Shown piece by piece: positions 56,882 to 64,000 of a stretch of DNA of 64,000 nt (positions within the stretch are counted from its first letter, which is position 1; each line of letters opens with the position of its first letter). Made by a program: the position numbers and the translations under genes. This DNA comes from a virus. Taxonomy: Duplodnaviria; Caudoviricetes. The stretch covers positions 32,001 to 96,000 of IMG/VR virus record IMGVR_UViG_2595698952_000001. The stretch is one strand, 5' to 3'. The notes beneath the pieces are model-generated. The model saw nothing but the letters and a program-made list of their open reading frames with translations. It was not told the origin of the DNA and searched no databases.

Positions 56882-56918
56882 TTAGGCGACCTTCGGGTCG
56901 CCTACTTTCTATTTATTT
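56882..56918 (+). terminator. intrinsic terminator
   Basis: TAGGCGACC-ttcg-GGTCGCCTA plus T-rich tail. Confidence 0.75.
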
Positions 56919-56932
56919 CACCGGGGACCATC

Positions 56933-57172
56933 ATGGAACTTATCATCGCCGATCGTGCTGGTAAGACTGTGGAGCGTTACAGAGTTATTTACTGTAGCCA
57001 AGCTTTGGATGATGTCATGCACTTTGTGGCCTATCCAGACGGGTATGTTATACCCATTAGTCGCGAAATTAGAGAATGCAAAGTTCCACTTACCGCGACT
57101 ATCCTCGCTTTAAACATCGCCACTCAAGAATCACGACGGTTCGAGATTGGCCAATATAAACTGTTAAATTAA
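56933..57172 (+). CDS. small hypothetical protein (start MELII)
   Basis: GGGG RBS before ATG 56933. Confidence 0.65.
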   Translation: MELIIADRAGKTVERYRVIYCSQALDDVMHFVAYPDGYVIPISREIRECKVPLTATILALNIATQESRRFEIGQYKLLN

Positions 57173-57191
57173 TTCGACTATTGAGAAGAAT

Positions 57192-57626
57192 ATGAAAATC
57201 AAAACTTTCCTGAAAGTGGTTATTGCTGTTTGCGTTATCGGTGTGTTTCTGACGTATCTCGTGCCTGAGAAAGCGTTGGCGGATTCTATCCCTGCCGACG
57301 AAGCCTCTATGTTAAACCCGGACGAAGAACCGGTGTTAATGAAGAAGGTCGAGACGCTCAACATCTATAAGCTCATGGCAGCAGGTAAGTGTACGGGATT
57401 GGTCATTGAAGACGCAGACAAACGCCGCGGACATAAAGTCTATCAGCGGTTATACGACATCAGCTGTACCCAACCGGATATTTCGTCCGTGAGCGTACAG
57501 CCTCTCGAGCTGCCCAATCTCGTCGCCATTGATTTCTTTCACAATGCGACCATGGTTGGGAGAGTCACCCTCAATCGTGGAGATATAAAGGATGAAATCG
57601 TATCGCACAAACGCACACGCCATTAA
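57192..57626 (+). CDS. secreted/periplasmic protein
   Basis: Signal peptide ending ALA-D; one Cys pair in the mature part. Confidence 0.7.
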   Translation: MKIKTFLKVVIAVCVIGVFLTYLVPEKALADSIPADEASMLNPDEEPVLMKKVETLNIYKLMAAGKCTGLVIEDADKRRGHKVYQRLYDISCTQPDISSVSVQPLELPNLVAIDFFHNATMVGRVTLNRGDIKDEIVSHKRTRH

Positions 57627-58077
57627 AGTTATCCTGTTCACCGTGTTCCTGATGGGTATCGTGTTGTTCGCCCATCAGGCAAACGCTAACATTGAAAACG
57701 GGTGGTCTGGGAGTGTCTCTGGCGGTATCCCGGCCATCACCAAAGAATCCAGCTCAGGTAAACCATTCTGGTGCAATCAGTATGGTTTACTGCACAAAAC
57801 ATGTCGGGTCACTGACATCTCGCCTAGCAAGCGAATTGCAATCGTCAACCAGCCTCGTCCGGATGCCAATTGTCCGAATGGGGTCTGGGGTATCGTTGAC
57901 CGGTTGTCTGGTGTTGCTATGACGCTTTATCCAAACGATAAAGTGACTTTCGAAGAATATTGTCGTGGCAATTTCAAAGTGGGGTTTGTACATACCCGCA
58001 ATCCGAACTCCCTGGCAGATGTAGTGATGTACTTTAACAATAAGCCAGTGGAATCTTTAGAATACGTTACGGAGTAG
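57592..58077 (+). CDS. secreted 4-Cys protein, paralogue 1
   Basis: Signal ending ANA; FWC...C...CP.G.WGIVD...C. Confidence 0.7.
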   Translation: MKSYRTNAHAIKVILFTVFLMGIVLFAHQANANIENGWSGSVSGGIPAITKESSSGKPFWCNQYGLLHKTCRVTDISPSKRIAIVNQPRPDANCPNGVWGIVDRLSGVAMTLYPNDKVTFEEYCRGNFKVGFVHTRNPNSLADVVMYFNNKPVESLEYVTE

Positions 58078-58100
58078 TTCTCTACTTAAAGGGTGTAATC

Positions 58101-58514
58101 ATGAAACATTTCATGCTTCCATTGTTGTTTGCTGCACTGGTGAGTTTCTTCGCTAACGCTGCGGCACCGACCGTCGAATTGCCAAGGCAGGTTACGGATG
58201 TGTCGGACGGTTCGCTGTTCTGGTGTCAGAACAGCGATGTGGCGGATAAATCTTGTAACATTATCGCGCTCTCGGATAATGCCCGTTATGCGTTGGTCAA
58301 GATAGTTGGGGGTGTAGGTTGCCCCGACCCGCAATACGGCGTCATCAATCTCTCGACCGGTAAGGCGGGGATTATGATGTACAACAACAACCAAACGTGT
58401 CGCGGAGAGGCGGTGGCAGAATTTGCCCGCTCCCCCGAGGATAATACGTTGACCGTTATCCTGTACGACCCGACCAATCGCAAGAACGTCGGGGTTAACT
58501 CAATTACTTATTAA
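58101..58514 (+). CDS. secreted 4-Cys protein, paralogue 2
   Basis: Signal ending ANA; FWC...C...GG.GCP...YGVIN...C. Confidence 0.7.
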   Translation: MKHFMLPLLFAALVSFFANAAAPTVELPRQVTDVSDGSLFWCQNSDVADKSCNIIALSDNARYALVKIVGGVGCPDPQYGVINLSTGKAGIMMYNNNQTCRGEAVAEFARSPEDNTLTVILYDPTNRKNVGVNSITY

Positions 58515-58525
58515 GGACTGTTGCC

Positions 58526-58921
58526 ATGCGTGGAGTTGTTGGTTGTTTGATGTTCGTTGTTGTTCTCGTGTCTTCTTTCGCGGTGAGCGCCTCGACGTCG
58601 GTTGGTGATTTGTTACTCACCGATTCTCAGTATCAGTATAATCCGCCGCCGTTTGAAGTTTGTACGACCAAGGCGGATGTGTGTAGCGAACTCGGACAAC
58701 ACGACCACTTCATTCTGGTAAAAGCAGACGGAGGTGCGACGTGTCCCGCAGGTTACTATTTCGTGTTGGACTCCGCAGCAAAAGAAATTATTCCGGTTGA
58801 CACGGTGACGTGTGACCCTACGCTTAAGGTCACCCTCGCCAAGAACACTAAAACGAAGAAGCACTTAGTCGTCGTAGAACAGCAAGGTAAGACAGTCGGC
58901 TCTGTGCCACTAGACAACTAA
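58526..58921 (+). CDS. secreted 4-Cys protein, paralogue 3
   Basis: Signal ending VSA; C...C...LVK..GG..CP.GYYFVLD...C. Confidence 0.7.
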   Translation: MRGVVGCLMFVVVLVSSFAVSASTSVGDLLLTDSQYQYNPPPFEVCTTKADVCSELGQHDHFILVKADGGATCPAGYYFVLDSAAKEIIPVDTVTCDPTLKVTLAKNTKTKKHLVVVEQQGKTVGSVPLDN

Positions 58922-58945
58922 GCAGCCTACACACAGGTGCCAACT

Positions 58946-59021
58946 GTAAGACGTCCACGACAACGTCTTACTTGACCTCGTAGTCTAAGTCCCCAACACT
59001 TCCGGGCTACGAGGTCCTTTT
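58946..59021 (+). terminator. tandem hairpins, the second with a T tract
   Basis: GTAAGACGT...ACGTCTTAC, then GACCTCGTAGTC...GGCTACGAGGTC-CTTTTT. Confidence 0.6.
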
Positions 59022-59062
59022 TGACCCCCCACTAATCGACTATCAAACCTTAAGGATTACCC

Positions 59063-59572
59063 ATGAATACTCAAACTGCACTTGATGCTCGCGTTGGTTT
59101 CTTTGCTCAACATAACGCCCGCCCTGATTACTTACGTTCTGTGCTATCTACTGCATGGAAGATGATTCAACTCGACGACCTCACTCGCCACACCAATGCA
59201 AGTGAATGGGATGAGACCGTCTATGCTCTCGCGAACACCATTGATTACGCGTGGGTGGAAGACGTGCTGCAATGTCGTCAACTGGATGTTTACTATCGCC
59301 GTATCATCGGCGCACAGCGCGTGCTCATGGCCATCGGTGCCAATCGTCGACTCCCGTCGTATCTTCTGACCGAGCGTCAGGACGACGAGACGTTAGACCA
59401 CGTTCTTATCAGCGACTTCTGGGACAACAGTGCGGACGTTCTCGAACTGTCCAGCGGTGAACGTATCGCCGCTAACCTGGTGTTCAGCTGTAACGCAGAC
59501 ATGTACAAACCGTATGCCGTGATTAATGGGAAAGAGGTTCCTGTTATTTCGCTTATGCATATGGGACTGTAA
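59063..59572 (+). CDS. hypothetical protein
   Basis: AAGGA RBS, 169 aa. Confidence 0.75.
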   Translation: MNTQTALDARVGFFAQHNARPDYLRSVLSTAWKMIQLDDLTRHTNASEWDETVYALANTIDYAWVEDVLQCRQLDVYYRRIIGAQRVLMAIGANRRLPSYLLTERQDDETLDHVLISDFWDNSADVLELSSGERIAANLVFSCNADMYKPYAVINGKEVPVISLMHMGL

Positions 59573-59577
59573 TCATA

Positions 59578-59607
59578 GAGGTAGCCTACGGGCTACCTTC
59601 TTTTTTT
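59578..59607 (+). terminator. intrinsic terminator
   Basis: AGGTAGCC-tacg-GGCTACCT plus T7. Confidence 0.8.
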
Positions 59608-59625
59608 GATTAATAAGGATACACC

Positions 59626-60234
59626 ATGAACGAATTGACGTTGGTCCGTTTTATCCAGGCGATGCGCGTCCACGAACTGACCCCGACCAATAAACTGTAC
59701 ATCGATTTGATGGTCGAAGAAATCGAGGGCTTCCTGGAGTACCCGCGACTGGCTGCGTATTTCGAGAAGTACACACCGCAGGCATACGCGGAATTAAAAG
59801 ACGCCCTGGCAAATCAGCAGACACTTACGCTGAACACGACGCCGTTCAAGGCGTTAACCGCCATTGAACCTAACGGTTCGGTTGATGTACCACGCCGGGT
59901 ACTCTTCTTCTACGTAGACGGCGACAACATGGTCGCTGAGCGGGTTAACTGGATTGGTGAGGAACTCACAACAGAGAACTGGGTGGTGGGTGATGTGGGC
60001 AATGCCTGGAAAGAAGAAAACCACCAAACCTTCCCGTACGAAGAAATCCCGATGACCTATCTGTTCCCGGTTTATCTGGATAAAGCAGCGCCAGGCAAAA
60101 CTGCGGAACTGACAGCCTTGCTCTGTCAGCAAACAGCCGAGGTGGTAATGAGTACCGCTGGTAAAGCGTGGTGCGACCGGTCAAAAGCAGGGGACTATTG
60201 GTTACTCTGTGGCTACAAAAAGTTTAAAGAGTAA
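59626..60234 (+). CDS. hypothetical protein
   Basis: AAGGA RBS, 202 aa. Confidence 0.75.
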   Translation: MNELTLVRFIQAMRVHELTPTNKLYIDLMVEEIEGFLEYPRLAAYFEKYTPQAYAELKDALANQQTLTLNTTPFKALTAIEPNGSVDVPRRVLFFYVDGDNMVAERVNWIGEELTTENWVVGDVGNAWKEENHQTFPYEEIPMTYLFPVYLDKAAPGKTAELTALLCQQTAEVVMSTAGKAWCDRSKAGDYWLLCGYKKFKE

Positions 60235-60248
60235 TGGTATCAAAGACT

Positions 60249-60281
60249 TGGAGACCTTCGGGTCTCCATCTCTATTTTTTT
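60249..60281 (+). terminator. intrinsic terminator
   Basis: TGGAGACC-ttcg-GGTCTCCA plus T tract. Confidence 0.8.
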
Positions 60282-60335
60282 ACGCTTGAAATCATGGATA
60301 TGTAGAAACTAATACTTTTTCATTAGAAGGCAACC

Positions 60336-62846
60336 ATGCTAAAGGTCGAGCGTATTATTCTGAAAGGATTTACCGGGATGGGGTTGCATGAAATCGAAAC
60401 CTTTGATTTCACGTTACAATCCACCGTGACGATTATCCTCGGCGGCAACGGCTGTGGCAAGACAAGCTTGTTGTCTGTCTTCCTTCCCTTAGCACCCTCC
60501 AAAACAGAATTTCGAGACGGGGGCTCTTACACGAATTATGCACTCGTGGGAGACCAACGTTTCAAGTTCCACGTCAAACGTAAAGGTAGCTCGCTTGTCT
60601 GTGACATCGAGAACCTGACCACCGGTGAAAAACTGATAGACAATGCCAATTCTAAAGTCTACAACTCCCGCATTGAAGAACTGACGGGTATCACCAAAGA
60701 AATCAAAGAACTCATTAACGGGGAAATGCTCCTTACAGACGCTGGTACTGATTTGCGTCGTAAGTGGCTGAATAAAATGTCCTCTTCTGACCTGACGTAC
60801 GCGCTTGGCTTCTATGCCCGTTTACGTAAGAACCTGACAGGTCTGAACGGGGCGATGGATCACACCAGTCGTAAAATCGCAGAGTTGAAGATGCGGGTTG
60901 TCGAAGATAACGACGAACGTAAACAGCTCGGTGAACGCTTGAAAGAGTTGGACGGGGATTTGCGTGAGTTGAACCGCACCATCGAACAACTGCCCGGTGT
61001 GAACAACGCGGTATCGAAACACAGCATTGAGAAGTTACTCCAGCAACTCAAGCCGATGACAGATATGATCCAGCGCCATAAAGGTGTTATCCCGTCTGAC
61101 GAAACCCTGCGTGCGACGCGGGCGAACGAATCGTGTCTGCGTGAATTTGCCGTTGCGGCTGAAACCGAAGTCACGATGCTGAATAAAGAACTGTCAGCCT
61201 TACTCGATGAGTCGACGCGTCAGGATTACCTGATGCGTAACCACGAAGGGTTGAAACAAACTTTAACCACGTTGCGCGAAGAGATTGCCAGTTGGGATAA
61301 CCAGCAGTGGCTGTTCCCGGACTTGTTCGTGGGTGACACTATCACTATTGACCAGTTACGTGGGGCACAAGACGCACGCGTGTGGGGTCAGAAGCTCGGT
61401 ACCACATTGGATGCGGTTCACTCCAACGAACGCTTAGCGGTATTGGAAGAACGGCTGTGTCGTTTTGACCAAGTCTCTGCGGGGTTGAGTGAACGCCTGC
61501 AACGCGTCAAGAACGTGCTGCATGGCCTGGAGCATGAACGTGGACATTTCCTGGACACCGCGGAAGTTGACTGTCCGAAATGTACGCACCGTTTCCGTCC
61601 GGGTGTACGCAAGTCACTGCAAACCATTGAAAAGGAAATCAATGAGAACGTAGTGTGGAAGAAACAGGTTGAGGAAGAATTGGAAACCTTGCTGGCGAAC
61701 CGCAAAGATGTGGAGAGCGATGTAGGGTACTTGCGCCAGGTACGTGAAATCGTTTTGACCTATTCCAAAGACCCGGTACTGTGTTTGTTCTTTAAAAAGT
61801 TGCAAGAGAAGGATGTGTTCACGGATAACCGTCATCAGTTCGCTGGTATTGCGAACACATTTGGCCAAGAGCTGGAACAAGCCGTGGATTGTTTGATCAG
61901 TCGTCGCAAGTTAGCGAAAGCTGAGAAGGATTGGATGGAAGCCGTGGCGGCCGTAGGAAATGTAGACGGGGCACTGCACCAGAAAATCGAACACCTGCGA
62001 AACAGGCTAGGGAATGCGACTGAGCGTCTCTCAGAGCGACGCAGAGCTGTCGAAGAGGTGTCAGATGTCCTGACGTACCAGGAAAACGTGAAACGTGCTG
62101 TAGACCAATTTAATACGCTTTACTCACGGCTCGGTTCCGACGTGCAAACGTCCATGACCAACGCCTTAGTGAACGAGTTGTTGTCTGCGCGTGAAAGTAA
62201 GCTTGATGCTTTCACCACCGCCCGCGAACGTTTCCGTCAGATGGAAAATGAAATGGTGAATCTTGACGGGTTGGAAAAAGAGTTGGCCGAGTTACAAGCC
62301 CACCACTTTAACAACAAGTTAATGATTCAAGCCTGGTCACCGGAGAAAGGTGTGCTGCGCAAATACTTCTATAACGCCATTGTGCGTATTACGGAGTTGA
62401 TGTCACGCTACATTGACAGGGTCTGGTCTTACCCGATGCGGGTAATGCCTTGTGATTTGTCTGAGGGGGATTTAGACTACACCTTCCCCGTTCAGCTCAA
62501 AACACATCCTGAACCGGTACCGGATGTTCGAAAAGGGTCAAAAGCACAACGGGCCATCTTTAACCTGATGTTTCGTTTGACAGCCTATAAGGCCCTCAAT
62601 TTACAACATTACCCCTTGGTATTGGATGAACCCTCAGAAGGCATGGATGAAGAACACAAAAATAGTTTGGTGGGCTTTATCAAAAGTATCGCGCAATCTG
62701 GCGAGTTCTCCCAACTGTTGGTGGTCTCTCATGAGGCGGAAGTACATTCCAAGCTGAACGAAGCAACCTATTGTGTCGTTGAGCCTGAGGGGGTTACGCT
62801 GCCTCCTGTTTACAATGAAGGAGTGAAGATTGTATACGCGGCGTGA
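60336..62846 (+). CDS. sbcC: SbcC/Rad50-like SMC-family ATPase (recombination/repair nuclease subunit)
   Basis: Walker A GGNGCGKT, long coiled coils with a central CPKC zinc hook, signature-like GSKAQR, Walker B LVLDEP, VSH H-loop. Confidence 0.9.
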   Translation: MLKVERIILKGFTGMGLHEIETFDFTLQSTVTIILGGNGCGKTSLLSVFLPLAPSKTEFRDGGSYTNYALVGDQRFKFHVKRKGSSLVCDIENLTTGEKLIDNANSKVYNSRIEELTGITKEIKELINGEMLLTDAGTDLRRKWLNKMSSSDLTYALGFYARLRKNLTGLNGAMDHTSRKIAELKMRVVEDNDERKQLGERLKELDGDLRELNRTIEQLPGVNNAVSKHSIEKLLQQLKPMTDMIQRHKGVIPSDETLRATRANESCLREFAVAAETEVTMLNKELSALLDESTRQDYLMRNHEGLKQTLTTLREEIASWDNQQWLFPDLFVGDTITIDQLRGAQDARVWGQKLGTTLDAVHSNERLAVLEERLCRFDQVSAGLSERLQRVKNVLHGLEHERGHFLDTAEVDCPKCTHRFRPGVRKSLQTIEKEINENVVWKKQVEEELETLLANRKDVESDVGYLRQVREIVLTYSKDPVLCLFFKKLQEKDVFTDNRHQFAGIANTFGQELEQAVDCLISRRKLAKAEKDWMEAVAAVGNVDGALHQKIEHLRNRLGNATERLSERRRAVEEVSDVLTYQENVKRAVDQFNTLYSRLGSDVQTSMTNALVNELLSARESKLDAFTTARERFRQMENEMVNLDGLEKELAELQAHHFNNKLMIQAWSPEKGVLRKYFYNAIVRITELMSRYIDRVWSYPMRVMPCDLSEGDLDYTFPVQLKTHPEPVPDVRKGSKAQRAIFNLMFRLTAYKALNLQHYPLVLDEPSEGMDEEHKNSLVGFIKSIAQSGEFSQLLVVSHEAEVHSKLNEATYCVVEPEGVTLPPVYNEGVKIVYAA

Positions 62847-63030
62847 TTGGGGTCGTAAGCTGGCCAGTGCGGTGTTTTGGTTGTGTGCTGCATTGGTCGG
62901 CTTTTTCTATTTACTGTTCTGTGCGGTAGTGATTATCATCCATTTGGTTCCGTATCTCCTTAAGGGGTTGGAGATGATTTGGGATTGGTTGTGGTCACAA
63001 CGCGGGGCCTGTGAATGGCGGGGGAAATAA
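62830..63030 (+). CDS. small membrane protein
   Basis: AAGGAG RBS, TTG start, long hydrophobic segment. Confidence 0.6.
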   Translation: MYTRRDWGRKLASAVFWLCAALVGFFYLLFCAVVIIIHLVPYLLKGLEMIWDWLWSQRGACEWRGK

Positions 63031-63140
63031 TGGAAGTAGGCATTTTACTGGTACTGGGTTCCCTGTGGCTGATTGGTAAAGCCTGGGACTGGATTATCAA
63101 ACATAAGGGATGGGCGTTCGATGGCAAAACGTCGCATTAA
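63030..63140 (+). CDS. unannotated 36-aa membrane peptide (MEVGILLVLGSLWLIGKAWDWIIKHKGWAFDGKTSH)
   Basis: TAATG coupling to the upstream stop; single TM segment. Confidence 0.55.
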   Translation: MEVGILLVLGSLWLIGKAWDWIIKHKGWAFDGKTSH

Positions 63141-63333
63141 GTCTAAGCTGAAGATGGGTGTATTGTTGTCTTTGCATGTATTGGTGGTAGCCGGTGTTTT
63201 GTTTGCGGACGCTACCCCTATCATGTGGCTGTTTATTTTCCTCATCTTCATCGAAGGAATTTATGTCGGCCGCTTGACAACACGACCACCCTTATTGCGT
63301 GACCCGGCTTACGATAACCGGGAGACAGCATGA
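63121..63333 (+). CDS. small two-TM membrane protein (start MAKRRIK)
   Basis: Basic N-terminus and two hydrophobic segments. Confidence 0.6.
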   Translation: MAKRRIKSKLKMGVLLSLHVLVVAGVLFADATPIMWLFIFLIFIEGIYVGRLTTRPPLLRDPAYDNRETA

Positions 63334-63437
63334 TCCGTGTACTCGGGCTGTTGTTTAAAGCGGCGTTCCTCACGGGCGTCGCCATCGTGTGTGGTGTAGT
63401 TGGGGCAGTCACTGCACTTACGCAGGGCTGGTTTTAG
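63330..63437 (+). CDS. unannotated 35-aa membrane peptide (MIRVLGLLFKAAFLTGVAIVCGVVGAVTALTQGWF)
   Basis: GGAG RBS and ATGA overlap. Confidence 0.55.
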   Translation: MIRVLGLLFKAAFLTGVAIVCGVVGAVTALTQGWF

Positions 63438-63921
63438 CGAAAGGGGTTTTAAATGCGAGGTGTAACATGTAATACCCGGAAATTGTGCAGCTTAACGATT
63501 TCGATGGCAAGCGGGGTGCGATAATGGGAGAACCCAAACGGACACTAACTGCTTGTATTATTGCAGTGCTTCAGCGGAACTTCGAGGGTTCCACATCACA
63601 GTTTGCGGATGAAGCTGCTGAATGTGGTCTTGATGATGAACCTGAGGTTTCACGTCCAGTAGAAGAGAATTGGCGTGGTAGCCGCGTGCGGCAGGCGAAT
63701 CTCGCGCGCACTAAGGCTACAACCAAACGACTTTGGCGACCCCAACGTCGTTGAGATACTATCCCAGTAGAGGAAGATCTCACACCTGCACTAAAAGTAT
63801 TAAAGTTATCTGCGTTATACCCAGAGTACACTTTGACTAATTACACAACTTTTCTTTCGTTATCATACTCCGTTTAATCCGCGTGGTGGATTTAAACGAG
63901 AATACTTAGGAACCGAAATCC

Positions 63922-64000
63922 ATGACCGAAATCGTAATTCTTTCATCCTCCTCCGATTTTTCGGAAGCCGCTAAAAAGCAGTTGTTGGCACTGCACTACA
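63922..64000 (+). CDS. hypothetical protein, 3' end outside the window
   Basis: AGGA RBS, MTEIVILSSSSDFSEAAKKQLLALHY..., open to the window end. Confidence 0.5.
   Translation, partial: MTEIVILSSSSDFSEAAKKQLLALHY

Noticed and set aside
63438-63921. ORF 63485-63754 and possible tRNA/ncRNA in this gap
   Set aside because: No convincing RBS or protein motif and no cloverleaf or T-loop motif seen, only a weak hairpin near 63870-63900. Left uncalled.
1-64000. Chimallin, PhuZ, RNA polymerase subunits, integrase, transposase, tRNA or rRNA
   Set aside because: None recognised in this window. The phiKZ-like assignment rests on gene families, layout and promoter motifs, so nucleus formation is not shown here.

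Overview
This is a 64 kb segment of a phiKZ/SPN3US-like jumbo myophage. The host is probably Erwinia/Pantoea or another enterobacterium, inferred from an AmsF/WceF homologue. Family assignments are from motif recognition, not database searches. From left to right the window holds: (1) 1-7.5 kb, small early hypothetical genes behind a conserved TATATTAC-type early promoter; (2) an AmsF/WceF-like tailspike-fold glycanase; (3) 9.6-25.9 kb, paralogous virion/tail genes, made of seven ~280-aa paralogues and three tandem copies of a 3-gene cassette; (4) a GH108 endolysin followed by two unannotated cationic amphipathic micro-ORFs, a DUF1353 gene and a lipoprotein; (5) a minus-strand tail-fibre block (49.1 to 34.8 kb) running into an 8-gene operon (34752 to 29352); (6) a baseplate spike, a signal-less DUF1471 protein, more early genes, four secreted Cys-containing proteins, an SbcC/Rad50-like ATPase and small membrane proteins. 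The 8-gene operon is the most striking feature. It encodes three Cys/Ser/Gly/Thr-rich leader-core peptides, two radical SAM enzymes (one with a SPASM-type domain), two unknown proteins and a DUF4376-like tail-assembly protein, and looks like a phage-encoded ranthipeptide/sactipeptide-like RiPP system inside the tail module. No tRNA, rRNA, CRISPR array or transposase was recognised.
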